DNA of 52,767 bases from a virus (lineage: Duplodnaviria > Caudoviricetes): positions 1 to 52,767 of the IMG/VR virus record IMGVR_UViG_3300042881_001544; one strand, written 5' to 3'. The position numbers and the translations under genes were made by a program. A model generated the notes under the pieces. It did no database searches and was not told the DNA's origin. It worked only from the letters and a program-made list of their open reading frames with translations. Shown here piece after piece: positions 1 to 9,608 of the stretch; within the stretch, counting starts at the first letter, position 1; the number at the start of each line of letters is the position of its first letter.

Positions 1-1007
1 GCAGAAGTCACTATCGGAGCTTAACCTATGTCTATCGTTCGCCAGCCAGCCTATATTGCAAAGTCGCCAATTAGCATTGCTATTGGAGGGACGGCTTCTG
101 TCCCGTTTCCTGTGACTCCAATTGTTCCAACGCAGGATTTTCAGTATAACAATGCATTGGCTGGAACTAGTTCTGGAAAATGGGTAAGTAGCATTAGCTA
201 TGCCAGTACAGGGCCAACTTCTTTTGAATTTTCGGATTTAGAAGGAGTTACTGGAAATTTCTTTAGCGGAACTCCAAATACCCTAACTAGCATATCTGCT
301 CCAAATTTAATTTATGTTGGCGGCATTTTTATTGGTAATTCTGTCATAACATCTGTTAATGTGCCTAAATTGCAATTTTTAGGAGCAGCTAATGGCATTT
401 TAGCAAACTTAACCTCTTTGAGTCTTCCATCTTTAATCGCTTCCGAAAGTTTGAATTTTCTTGCGACATCGCTAACTTCTCTTGATATATCAAAATTACA
501 ATATGCTGGAACTTTAAATTTTGCAACAAGTGGCATTACTTCTCTAAATTTATCTTCGCTTGTATATGCTGGAAGTTTTTCAATGAGTTTATTGAATTGC
601 ACGACTTTAACATTGCCACCGCTAGGTACATGGAAAGCACTTAATGGCAATTTAAGTTTATCTACTTGTGCATTTAATCAAGCATCAGTTAATAGTCTCC
701 TTGCCGCCCTTGCCTACATGGACGGCAACAATGGAACGCTTCTTTTTGGAACTGGAAGAGCAGTAACCATTACTGGAACATCTTCCGCTCCTAGCAATCT
801 TGGAGTTGTTACTGGCCTAAATGGATCTCAATTTGTCGGTGCAGGAGCTATTTGCACAGCAACCATTGCTAATCACGGATATGCTATTGGTGATGTGATA
901 AGGGTTGCTGGAGTTGGCGCACCTCTGGGTAATGCTAATAGATATGCAGTCATCCTTTCTTCTGGATTCACGACTGGACAATTTCAATACACTATCACCT
1001 CCCAAAC
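1..1007. repeat. Terminal redundancy, copy A (matches 51710-52767)
   Basis: 1-92 is identical to 51710-51801; 688-1007 is near-identical to 52448-52767; the middle is homologous but diverged. Confidence 0.95.
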
Positions 1008-1104
1008 TGGAACTGGAACTGGGACTGGAACAGTATCAGTTACAAGGGCTGGGGCATCTGCCGCCGCACTTGTTAATCGTGGAGCAACTCTAACCACCAA
1101 CTAA
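28..1104 (+). CDS. LRR-like (L-domain-like) virion/receptor-binding protein, allele A
   Basis: Repeating LTSL(S/D/N)LxxL units; T/G-rich C-terminal beta domain (ANHGYAIGDVIRVAG); follows the capsid decoration genes. Confidence 0.6.
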   Translation: MSIVRQPAYIAKSPISIAIGGTASVPFPVTPIVPTQDFQYNNALAGTSSGKWVSSISYASTGPTSFEFSDLEGVTGNFFSGTPNTLTSISAPNLIYVGGIFIGNSVITSVNVPKLQFLGAANGILANLTSLSLPSLIASESLNFLATSLTSLDISKLQYAGTLNFATSGITSLNLSSLVYAGSFSMSLLNCTTLTLPPLGTWKALNGNLSLSTCAFNQASVNSLLAALAYMDGNNGTLLFGTGRAVTITGTSSAPSNLGVVTGLNGSQFVGAGAICTATIANHGYAIGDVIRVAGVGAPLGNANRYAVILSSGFTTGQFQYTITSQTGTGTGTGTVSVTRAGASAAALVNRGATLTTN

Positions 1105-1105
1105 A

Positions 1106-1267
1106 ATGGACAGGCTCATTTACAACGCCGAAACCAAAGAGATCATCACTCGCATTGAGAATAGCGAGGGAACTTCTACTGGCACTCCATTTGATATGTT
1201 TGAGGGAACTCCAGAAGAGGTTGACGCAAAGATTAAGGAACTAAGCTTAACCTCAAATGAACAATAA
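1106..1267 (+). CDS. Small hypothetical protein (53 aa, MDRLIYNAETKEII...), possible fibre accessory protein
   Basis: ORF read by hand; fills the gap exactly between the 28-1104 stop and the next gene. Confidence 0.65.
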   Translation: MDRLIYNAETKEIITRIENSEGTSTGTPFDMFEGTPEEVDAKIKELSLTSNEQ

Positions 1268-1439
1268 TCCTGCTTCTAGTTCTGACGTAGGGCCGACTAG
1301 CGCAATCGTTTCGTTGGTCTCCCTTGTTATTAGTTTCTTTGACGCAACCCATGTTTGGCTACAAAACTTAACCTTGCTTGTTTCTCTATTGGCTGGCTTG
1401 ATCGCAATTTATGCTGGCTTTAGGAAACTAATCAAATGA
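1257..1439 (+). CDS. Small two-TM membrane protein, holin-like
   Basis: Two hydrophobic segments and a basic C-terminus; first gene of the lysis cluster. Confidence 0.55.
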   Translation: MNNNPASSSDVGPTSAIVSLVSLVISFFDATHVWLQNLTLLVSLLAGLIAIYAGFRKLIK

Positions 1440-1822
1440 AGCATACGACTTTAGCGTTAGCCCTTACGACTTTAGCATTTAGCCTTACGACTTTAGGGTG
1501 TGCTTCCAAAGAAAAGGTGCAATATACTGCGCCATCAGTAGTTGGAGTAAAGACGAGCATTGAAAAGCTCAAGCCGCATATTACAAACTCCGCAGGAAAT
1601 GCGGCGATTAAAGACGTAATCTCCGCAGTAAATACATACCAAGCGCAAGTTGATCAGCAATCCAAGGATCTTGCCAAGGCGCAAAACGATGCCGCTTACT
1701 GGCATGACAAGCAAATAAAAGCCCTTAAAGAGTTGTGGACTTGGCGTTTGATTGCACTTTCTGGCATTTTATGTGTAGTGGTCTATGTGGGGATCAAGAC
1801 CGCATGGAAGTTTAGACCATGA
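1436..1822 (+). CDS. Putative unimolecular spanin (lipoprotein with C-terminal TM helix)
   Basis: Signal peptide ending TLG-C, helical middle, C-terminal TM segment and basic tail; lies in the lysis cluster. Confidence 0.55.
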   Translation: MKHTTLALALTTLAFSLTTLGCASKEKVQYTAPSVVGVKTSIEKLKPHITNSAGNAAIKDVISAVNTYQAQVDQQSKDLAKAQNDAAYWHDKQIKALKELWTWRLIALSGILCVVVYVGIKTAWKFRP

Positions 1823-2136
1823 TTCCCAAACTGGTATCCCAAAGGCTTATTGTTTCCCTTATTGGGATTGCGCTTATCCAAGCATCGTGGCGTTGGGCCG
1901 TTGCTCATCTTTACACGCTACCAGAGATTGCCCTAGCTGGATTTGTTACGATTACCACCAACACCCTGTATGTCACAGGGGCTATTGTAATCTTCCTTGT
2001 GACTGGGCGAATGGTCTATGATTGGAAAATGGGAACGTCCCAAGTTCAGCAAATCCTTGGTAATGTTTCTCACGCTAAAGAAGAAATCTTTGAGAATTTG
2101 ACCAGCAATGCCAAGGAAGATAGCTACAAATCGTGA
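1819..2136 (+). CDS. Two-TM membrane protein, holin candidate
   Basis: Two hydrophobic helices; overlaps the endolysin start. Confidence 0.5.
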   Translation: MIPKLVSQRLIVSLIGIALIQASWRWAVAHLYTLPEIALAGFVTITTNTLYVTGAIVIFLVTGRMVYDWKMGTSQVQQILGNVSHAKEEIFENLTSNAKEDSYKS

Positions 2137-2759
2137 AAACGCCTTCTAACAATACTTTGAAGCTCCTCATGGACTATGAGGTTGGTGGAGGGGAAAGCTA
2201 TTACAACAAGTATTTGAGCCAATTTACATGGCCCGGAGGTGCGTCTGGCCCTACTATCGGAATAGGCATAGATTGCGCTTACTATTCTGCTACCGAACTA
2301 GCCAACATCTTTTCCTTTCTGCCTAAAAAACAAATTACTTTGATACAGGGTGCAACTGGAAAAACTGGATCATCTGGCAAGGAATATACTAAAACATTAA
2401 GGGAAGCAGGAATTGTTGTATCGTGGGATCAAGCCAAAGGAATCTTTGAAAAAACCACTTGGCCCAAATTTGCAAGCCTTGCAGAGAAAGCATTTCCTTC
2501 TTTAGATGAACTTTGCGATGATGCATATGGGGCTATTGTTTCCCTTGTATTTAATAGAGGATCTTCAATGGCGGGAGATAACAGATTGGAAATGAGGAAC
2601 ATAAGAGTTCTTGTTCCAAAGAAAGACTACAAGGGTATAGCTAATGAGATTAGGAAAATGAAAATACTATGGGAAGGCAAGGGCATGGATGGACTTTTAA
2701 AGCGTAGGGAAGCAGAAGCAAAGTTGGTAGAAAATTGTGAAAGCAAAACGCTTGTGTAA
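2133..2759 (+). CDS. Endolysin, lysozyme-fold muramidase (pesticin C-terminal/GH24-like)
   Basis: Catalytic-type E in DYEVGG, SGPTIGIGID, AIVSLVFNRG, GLLKRREAE. Confidence 0.85.
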   Translation: MKTPSNNTLKLLMDYEVGGGESYYNKYLSQFTWPGGASGPTIGIGIDCAYYSATELANIFSFLPKKQITLIQGATGKTGSSGKEYTKTLREAGIVVSWDQAKGIFEKTTWPKFASLAEKAFPSLDELCDDAYGAIVSLVFNRGSSMAGDNRLEMRNIRVLVPKKDYKGIANEIRKMKILWEGKGMDGLLKRREAEAKLVENCESKTLV

Positions 2760-2789
2760 AATCATGAACATGATATAAATTAAATACTT

Positions 2790-3890
2790 ATGCAATACCC
2801 TCAAGGACAAAATTGTTGCGATTCCAATTACCAGAATAATTGTTATACTGGTTGCGGCACTCAATACCCGATTGTGCCGGGGTCTAACCCTGCATTGAAT
2901 TACTGGAATGGTCAGAACTTTGTTGTTGCTGATGGGTCTTCTACTAATCCGATTATTCTTCCGTTTTTTGAAATAAATGCTGGAACCCCAAGCTATATTC
3001 TTGGTGCAAACAATGCTGGAAAATTAGGTTATTATTCTGTTTCTACACAAGCAACAGGATATTTTAATATTCTTATTGTGGCAGGGGGTGGATCTGGAGG
3101 TGGAACTGGAGCAAATTATGGAGGTGGAGGTGGAGGTGGAGGCGTTCTTCAAATTACTATTCCATACATAGCAAATATTACTTATAGCGTTGGTATTGGG
3201 TCTGGAGGACTAGCAACAACTGCAATTGGACAAAATGGTAACAATTCTAATTTTGGAACATTTGTTGCAATTGGCGGTGGCGGAGGAGGCGTTGGAGGAA
3301 GTGCTGTTTTTAAGGATGGATTAAATGGAGGCTCTGGAGGTGGAGGTGGTGCAGTTCAAAATGCAACCGCTGGTTCTGGAGGGTTAGCTACATCGCAACA
3401 AGGAAATTTTGGAGGATCTGGAAGTGGTGCAAATAGTGTATATAATGGTGCTGGAGGAGGAGGGGGTGCTGGAGGAAGTGGTGCTAACGGAATAGCATCA
3501 ATTGGAGGAGGAGGGGGTGCTGGAGGAATTGGTGTTGCCAGCACGATATACGATGGAACCATAAGATATTACGGTGGTGGTGGAGGTGGAACTAACCGAG
3601 TTGCTGTTGGGTCACCAACAAACGTACCACTTGGCGGCAATGGCGGTGGTGGAAATGGTCGTGTAAATACAAGCACTATAGCCCAATCTGGTACTGCTAA
3701 TACTGGTGGAGGAGGTGGTGGAAATGATGGCACTTCTTTTGTTGCTGGCAATGGAGGAAGCGGAATTGTTATTGTTTCCTATAATTCACCAACACAAATT
3801 GCTACTGGAGGAACCGTTACTTCTTATTCAGTAAATGGCGCAACTTTTTGGGTGCATACTTTTACAACTTCTGGTAACTTTATTTCTTAA
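2790..3890 (+). CDS. Glycine-rich tail fibre-like protein
   Basis: LIVAGGGSGG...GGSGIVIVSY...HTFTTSG glycine-rich phage domain; Cys-rich N-terminus. Confidence 0.75.
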   Translation: MQYPQGQNCCDSNYQNNCYTGCGTQYPIVPGSNPALNYWNGQNFVVADGSSTNPIILPFFEINAGTPSYILGANNAGKLGYYSVSTQATGYFNILIVAGGGSGGGTGANYGGGGGGGGVLQITIPYIANITYSVGIGSGGLATTAIGQNGNNSNFGTFVAIGGGGGGVGGSAVFKDGLNGGSGGGGGAVQNATAGSGGLATSQQGNFGGSGSGANSVYNGAGGGGGAGGSGANGIASIGGGGGAGGIGVASTIYDGTIRYYGGGGGGTNRVAVGSPTNVPLGGNGGGGNGRVNTSTIAQSGTANTGGGGGGNDGTSFVAGNGGSGIVIVSYNSPTQIATGGTVTSYSVNGATFWVHTFTTSGNFIS

Positions 3891-3902
3891 CAATTAAAAA
3901 TC

Positions 3903-5243
3903 ATGTCTTGCTATAATAACAATGGATGGGGTGGATGCGGTTGCCAAGGAACTGTGCAATACGCTCCTTCTGCTTGTAATCCCAACTTCCCCACTACTTG
4001 CACCGCACTTGGTACAGGCACAATTCAGCGTGTAGTTGGCGAGGATTCTAGCTACTGCAAATATACCGTTCCTACTCTCGCTTCCAATAGCTTGTTGTTT
4101 TATAACGCTTCTACTGGTCTAATTAATTGGGCTAATGGCACTACGGCTAATCCTATTTTCCTTGGAAATGGCACAGGACAAGCTAGTGCATCATCTTCTT
4201 GCCAACTTCAAGCAACCACTCCTACTGGTCAACTTGTAACTTTCCAGCCTAGCGTTTCTACTAAAACACAATTTCCGATTGTTAGCCCAAGTGGAACTAC
4301 AACAAATTGGGGAACTATTGATGATATTGTTCCTAATCAGGGTGTTGTTTATAAGAATGCCTCCAATGTGGTTGCACAAGCCCCTCTTGGAACCGCTGGT
4401 CAGATTTTAACAATGGTTGGAGGTGTTCCAACTTTTGCTAACGCTCCTGACCCTGCGGCATTTATTGATGCTCGTTCCGTAAATATTTCGTATGCTAGTG
4501 TAGCTTCCTTAAATGTTACTTTTGGTCAATTGGTTCTTACTAATGCCGCAGGAGATAGCGTTGCTATTAAGAACTCATTAACTTATACTCTTAATCTTAA
4601 CAATAGCGGTCTTCCCAATACACTTGATGCACCTTCATTGATTGGAAGCACTTATTATTATGTGTTTGCCATTTATGATCCTACCGCTGGTATTCTTGCA
4701 ACACTTGGATCGTTAAGCGCAACAAGTCCTACGCTTCCAACTGGATATACATATTTCCGTTTGATTGGTTTGTTTAGAACCAATTCAGCATCTCAAATTG
4801 ATCCGTTTTATAATCAAAATGGTAGAATTGTAAATCTTGGACAAACTGCCAATGTTGTTGTTACCACTCAAGCAACACAAGCTACAAATAAATACTGGTC
4901 TGGTGCTATTACATATGTTCCATATCAATATGCTTGTAGGGCATTTTTAAGGTTTGCTCTTGTAGGAGCCGCAGGAACCCAAAATGCAAATATTATTATA
5001 TCAAATGTAACTGCTGGATCTACTGGAGGAACGCAACCTCCTTTGGCACAAACATCTGAAGTTTATGCGGCTATAACTGTAAGCCCTGCATATACAACTC
5101 TTACAAATTCAACTTTTGGAACTGCTATTGCTGTAATACCAAATTCCTCTTTGAGCTATTATAATGTTTACACAACCGCAGTTCTTGGAACTGGAGATTC
5201 ATTTACTCTGCAAATCTCTGGTTACGAATTGAGCTTTTTGTAA
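3903..5243 (+). CDS. Tail fibre/structural protein
   Basis: GTAGQILTMVGGVP fibre motif; YYYVFAI...PTLPTGYTYFRLIG motif; T/S/N-rich. Confidence 0.7.
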   Translation: MSCYNNNGWGGCGCQGTVQYAPSACNPNFPTTCTALGTGTIQRVVGEDSSYCKYTVPTLASNSLLFYNASTGLINWANGTTANPIFLGNGTGQASASSSCQLQATTPTGQLVTFQPSVSTKTQFPIVSPSGTTTNWGTIDDIVPNQGVVYKNASNVVAQAPLGTAGQILTMVGGVPTFANAPDPAAFIDARSVNISYASVASLNVTFGQLVLTNAAGDSVAIKNSLTYTLNLNNSGLPNTLDAPSLIGSTYYYVFAIYDPTAGILATLGSLSATSPTLPTGYTYFRLIGLFRTNSASQIDPFYNQNGRIVNLGQTANVVVTTQATQATNKYWSGAITYVPYQYACRAFLRFALVGAAGTQNANIIISNVTAGSTGGTQPPLAQTSEVYAAITVSPAYTTLTNSTFGTAIAVIPNSSLSYYNVYTTAVLGTGDSFTLQISGYELSFL

Positions 5244-5244
5244 T

Positions 5245-7449
5245 ATGGCACAAGATGGGAGAGTATTCGATGGCTCAACGGACACAATTGCAATGGATGC
5301 CGAAACGCATCCTTCAATTCTTCCCGCTAATTTTGTTTCTTCGTGCGTAAATAGATCCTTTAGGCAAGGGATTAATTCTACTCGCCCTCCGTTTACTGAA
5401 ATCCCTATTTCTGTAGCTTTTGGTCAAGATGCTTCTATTTTGACTGATTTTCAAACAGGAAATTTCCAAGGTGCTTGGCCCTATAAATCAATCAAACAAG
5501 AGTCTGCCGATGGCTTTGTAGTATCTGTTGCTGGTACAATCTACTTCCTTTCTATTGTAAATAATGTAGGGACGCTTTATAAGCTAATGGACGGCAATGA
5601 TCCAACCATGATGCACACATGGTTTGTGCAAGCTGAAGATTGGATGTATATTCAAAATGGTTATCAAAACGCAATTGCATGGGATGGTAACATTTCTGGA
5701 AAACCTACTAATCTTCAAGCGCAGGGGAATGGTACAAATAAGATTACCCTTACTTGGACAAATAATGCCCCGGGTGCTGTTTCCAATGAAATTCAAATAC
5801 AATATAATCAAGGCGTATTTGAGACAGTTGCAATAGAACCCTATTCAGAGACTTCTTATAGTTACAATACGTTAACTTCAACAACTGTTTATGCATACCA
5901 AGTTAGAAGTGTTTATCCAGATGGCACTTCAACTCCTTGGTCAAATATTGCCTCTACTACCTCTGGCAATCAAGTAATTACAACAGAGCAACCAAACTCT
6001 GTTTATAGGCTTAATCCATTTAAGCAAGAAATGCCAATTGGAACCATTATGGCATATGCATATGGACGAGTTGCTGTAAGTGATGCCAAAAACAATATTT
6101 ATGTTTCCGATATTATTTACGGAAACGGATTTACCAATACTGCAAATACCCAAAACTTTACTGAACAAACCTATTGGGCTGAAGGTGGATCATTTACTCC
6201 CCCTGCAAGCCTTGGATTGATTACAGGGATGCGAGTAATGCCATCTTTAAATATCAATGTTCGTGGACAGGGTGAACTTGTTGTATTCTGTGAAAATGGT
6301 TCTTTCACCTTGGATCTTTCCCAAGAGAGAACAACTTGGCAAACAAACAACATTCAGAAGGTTTCACTTATTGGTAGAGGATGCCGTTCTCCTTGGAGTC
6401 TTTGCGGTGTAAACAACGATGTTTACTTTAGGTCTGATGATGGGTGGGCTTTCTATAACAATGCTCAAGTAGATTTTTATCAGGCACTTTCTTTCCGTAA
6501 AATCTCTAGGGAAGTTCAGCCTTGGGTAAACTACGATACTCCTTGGTTGAGGCAGTTTGAATCTGCCATGTATTTTGACAACCGCATTATTGCTACTGTT
6601 TCCCCTTTTACGGTATCAACTGGAAGTCCATCTACTTGCGGACTTCATAGACCAAGCAGAGCAATGATTGTTCTGGATGTGGAAAGGGAAAGCGCAATTA
6701 ATCCTAGCTCCCAACTTCCTACTCGGTGGAATGGTCTGTGGGAAGGGCCGCAACCAACGCAACTTGCCACAGCACAGATTAATGGTGTTCAACGTGGCTT
6801 TGCTTTCTCGTTTGATGCTGACAATGTAAATCGACTTTATGAACTGCAAAATAGTAGCGTTCTTGCTACAGGAATTGACGATTACTCTGTTCAATATGGA
6901 AGCGTTCCAATCAAGTCTTATTTCATTACCAAGCGGTTTGACTTCACCCCTAACCCCGGAGCAAGCAAATTTGTTAGAAAACAACTTGTTGGTGGAGAAA
7001 TATGGGTTTCTAACCTAAAAGAAGCGGTAACTATTGGGTGTGAATTTAGACCAGATTCTTATATTTGTTTTAATGAGTTTTCGCAACCAATAACGGTTGG
7101 ATCAAACAAGTGTGATTTTGATACAACTAACTGCACTCCAGTAGTTTCCCAACCAAGATACGAACAAATTAGGTTGCCGTCTCCTGATATAGATCAATGC
7201 GAAAAATTTAATGACATCCCAATTCAAGAGGGTGCAGAGTTTCAAATTAAAGTTGATATAGCAGGGGCTTGTATTGTGGACAGAATAAGGCTTGCAATTG
7301 TATTCAATGATAAGATTGACCTTCCACAAGGATATTGCCCTGACACATTCTACAACAATCCAGAACCAGTAACTTGTGGATGTGTAGCTGATTTGGATTA
7401 TTACAGGATTGTGCCTCTTTCTAATGAAGTTGCATCCGTCAATGGATAA
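5245..7449 (+). CDS. Tail nozzle/stabilisation protein (P22 gp10/T7 gp12-like beta-propeller) with fibronectin-III insertion
   Basis: Size, beta-rich sequence, GRVAV / GCRSPWS / KISREVQ motifs; FN3 pattern PTNL..LTW..Y.YQVRS..WS at ~5701-5964. Confidence 0.65.
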   Translation: MAQDGRVFDGSTDTIAMDAETHPSILPANFVSSCVNRSFRQGINSTRPPFTEIPISVAFGQDASILTDFQTGNFQGAWPYKSIKQESADGFVVSVAGTIYFLSIVNNVGTLYKLMDGNDPTMMHTWFVQAEDWMYIQNGYQNAIAWDGNISGKPTNLQAQGNGTNKITLTWTNNAPGAVSNEIQIQYNQGVFETVAIEPYSETSYSYNTLTSTTVYAYQVRSVYPDGTSTPWSNIASTTSGNQVITTEQPNSVYRLNPFKQEMPIGTIMAYAYGRVAVSDAKNNIYVSDIIYGNGFTNTANTQNFTEQTYWAEGGSFTPPASLGLITGMRVMPSLNINVRGQGELVVFCENGSFTLDLSQERTTWQTNNIQKVSLIGRGCRSPWSLCGVNNDVYFRSDDGWAFYNNAQVDFYQALSFRKISREVQPWVNYDTPWLRQFESAMYFDNRIIATVSPFTVSTGSPSTCGLHRPSRAMIVLDVERESAINPSSQLPTRWNGLWEGPQPTQLATAQINGVQRGFAFSFDADNVNRLYELQNSSVLATGIDDYSVQYGSVPIKSYFITKRFDFTPNPGASKFVRKQLVGGEIWVSNLKEAVTIGCEFRPDSYICFNEFSQPITVGSNKCDFDTTNCTPVVSQPRYEQIRLPSPDIDQCEKFNDIPIQEGAEFQIKVDIAGACIVDRIRLAIVFNDKIDLPQGYCPDTFYNNPEPVTCGCVADLDYYRIVPLSNEVASVNG

Positions 7450-7493
7450 AACTATTGCCAACAAATAGAAATCAATATATAAATTAGCTACCT

Positions 7494-7979
7494 ATGAACA
7501 ATCAAAGTTCTCCTGCTCAACTGTTGTTTCCAACGGTTCCAGCAAATTATTGTCCAGAAGGCAGATGGAGTGACATTTTTAATAGTTTTATTCAGCTATA
7601 TTTGAACAACGGGACGGTAAATATCCCCGGCCTTGGTCAAGTTACACCAGCGCAGATTGCTACGATTAATCAGAACATTCAAAACCTCCAAAATCAATAT
7701 GATGCCTTGGCGGTTAACACTAGGACAGGCACAATCAATTCTCCTGCTACTGGTTTTAGAACGCAAACTGTAAGTTTTACAACTCCAATGCCTAATACCA
7801 ATTACACCATTAACATTGCATATGTTAATGATGGGACGGCAACAACTGCTCCAGCTTCCTTTTGGTCGCTTGTTTCTGGAAGTAATACTACAACTGGGTT
7901 TTCTTTTGTTACAAATATTATTGCAACGGATAAAATCTCTGCAATTAACTGGACTGTTCAATCTATCATCTCAACCTAA
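7494..7979 (+). CDS. Small structural protein (coiled coil plus VSFTTPMPNTNY beta domain)
   Basis: ORF in the tail module; fibre C-terminal-like motif. Confidence 0.55.
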   Translation: MNNQSSPAQLLFPTVPANYCPEGRWSDIFNSFIQLYLNNGTVNIPGLGQVTPAQIATINQNIQNLQNQYDALAVNTRTGTINSPATGFRTQTVSFTTPMPNTNYTINIAYVNDGTATTAPASFWSLVSGSNTTTGFSFVTNIIATDKISAINWTVQSIIST

Positions 7980-8004
7980 ACATAACCCCTAACCCCAACA
8001 CAAA

Positions 8005-8178
8005 ATGGCAAAGGACACTAACAGGGCTACCCAGCCTAAACTACAATCAGAAGGATCGTCCACTCGTGGACACGCTAAAGAAAACCTTGGAAACAACCCT
8101 CGTGGTAATGAGTTCTCTGGTATTTTCTATAGCGGAAAACTCCAACCAGAGCCTTCGTCCCCCGGACGCAAGAAATAA
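8005..8178 (+). CDS. Small basic hypothetical protein (57 aa, MAKDTNRATQPK...)
   Basis: Hand-read ORF after an AC-rich leader; tiles with the next ORF. Confidence 0.65.
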   Translation: MAKDTNRATQPKLQSEGSSTRGHAKENLGNNPRGNEFSGIFYSGKLQPEPSSPGRKK

Positions 8179-8179
8179 T

Positions 8180-8431
8180 ATGGCATCTCACGGAGTCCAA
8201 TATACGGTGGACAAAACCGAGCGTGGGATTGTCTCTGATTCTCCTACACCCCAGCCTATGCAAAGGGTGCAGATTACAGGGAACATTCCTGCGATTCGTG
8301 CGTACCAAGATGCAAGGACTGCCCGAATCAAGTCTATTGGCGAGAAAACACAGAAAGCATTTTCTGTTGGTGGCCCTGCCAATGAGACTTCGATGGGGCG
8401 TGGTACTCCATTCCAAGCTGATTGGCTTTAA
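8180..8431 (+). CDS. Hypothetical protein (MASHGVQY...)
   Basis: Internal ATG of track ORF 8066-8431, 1 nt after the previous stop. Confidence 0.65.
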   Translation: MASHGVQYTVDKTERGIVSDSPTPQPMQRVQITGNIPAIRAYQDARTARIKSIGEKTQKAFSVGGPANETSMGRGTPFQADWL

Positions 8432-8432
8432 T

Positions 8433-8582
8433 ATGGCTACCCAAAAAGGGATGAGGAAGAAGATGCTTCACGCAAAGTCTTCTCCTTCTCTCAAGATGGG
8501 AGCCAGAAAAAGCAAAATTGGCCCAACCAAAGCCGTTGCCCGTGGTTATGCCAAGGGCAAAGGAATGGGTAGAGGCAATTAA
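8433..8582 (+). CDS. Very basic small protein (MATQKGMRKK...)
   Basis: Internal ATG of track ORF 8223-8582; K/R/G/M-rich with no acidic residues. Confidence 0.65.
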   Translation: MATQKGMRKKMLHAKSSPSLKMGARKSKIGPTKAVARGYAKGKGMGRGN

Positions 8583-8594
8583 CCGCATTAATCC

Positions 8595-9608
8595 ATGCTA
8601 TACGATGTTGCATATATTCTAAACGCTATCCGTCCCTATGCAGGGAATAGCGGCACTTGCAATCAAGCGGTGCAATTGCAGTATATGAACAAGGCAAGGA
8701 GTTTGCTTTGGAACAAGACTGATACGGATGCAACTTGCGAGTATGTGTGCATTGCTTGCGTTAATGCAATCTTAACCCTGCCAAGTATTTACAAACAAGT
8801 AAGGTTGGCATGGATTGATGGGCAACCAGTATCCCTTGGCAATGAATGGTATCAGAGCATCCCTCAAAACAATTGGGGTGATGCAAGTTCTGGTGGCTAC
8901 GGAAATGGCAATGGATGGGGGCAAGCCTATGGGTGGAATGGTGGCAACAAGAAGTTTATTGAGATTGGAGGCAAGCACGTTACCTATCAGAACTACGAGC
9001 AAGCCCCATACAGGCTTTGCGTAGAGGCTGAATCTCCTCTTGATGCTGGCAAGGAGATTACTTTCTTTGGGGAAGATGCCTATGGAACAAGGATTAAGGA
9101 AACGATTGTTTTGGGAATGGCTCCTGACTATGCCTATTCCGTAAACTTCTTTAAGAGTGTATTCCAATGCACCAAACCCCAAACACAAGGAAGGGTTAGG
9201 TTGTATGCCTATGATCCAGATGCGCCAGCAAGGATGCTCCTTTCGGTATATCAACCCTACGATATAAACCCTTCTTTCCGTAGGTATGCTATTCAAGGTC
9301 GTGTTAGGGATTCAGTAATCCTGTATTGCAAGAAAAACTACCAAGACCTTTACGATCTTACCGATCAAGTAGAGTTTACTCCAGAGGCAATGATTTCTGC
9401 TGTAATGGCAGTAGTCTATCGTGAGAACAAAGGTAGCGATCAGCTTTATGCAACTTCTTTACAGAATGCGATTTTTGAAGTAAACAGGGAAACTGCTGAC
9501 AAGGAAGAACCTACTGGCAGTACGATTCGACAATTTCCTAACAACATGATGCTAAACGCTCTGATTCCCACATATGCGTGGGATGACGGAGCAACTTGGC
9601 CTTATTGA
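8595..9608 (+). CDS. Head-tail adaptor/tail tubular protein-like
   Basis: Helical N- and C-termini with a beta core; position between nozzle and ejection genes. Confidence 0.55.
   Translation: MLYDVAYILNAIRPYAGNSGTCNQAVQLQYMNKARSLLWNKTDTDATCEYVCIACVNAILTLPSIYKQVRLAWIDGQPVSLGNEWYQSIPQNNWGDASSGGYGNGNGWGQAYGWNGGNKKFIEIGGKHVTYQNYEQAPYRLCVEAESPLDAGKEITFFGEDAYGTRIKETIVLGMAPDYAYSVNFFKSVFQCTKPQTQGRVRLYAYDPDAPARMLLSVYQPYDINPSFRRYAIQGRVRDSVILYCKKNYQDLYDLTDQVEFTPEAMISAVMAVVYRENKGSDQLYATSLQNAIFEVNRETADKEEPTGSTIRQFPNNMMLNALIPTYAWDDGATWPY

Noticed and set aside
1-1007. Diversity-generating retroelement (TR/VR pair) explaining the two gene copies
   Set aside because: Differences include indels and changes at all four bases rather than adenine-specific ones, and no reverse transcriptase gene was found
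3356-3751. Proline-rich minus-strand ORFs
   Set aside because: They are antisense shadows of the glycine-rich gene
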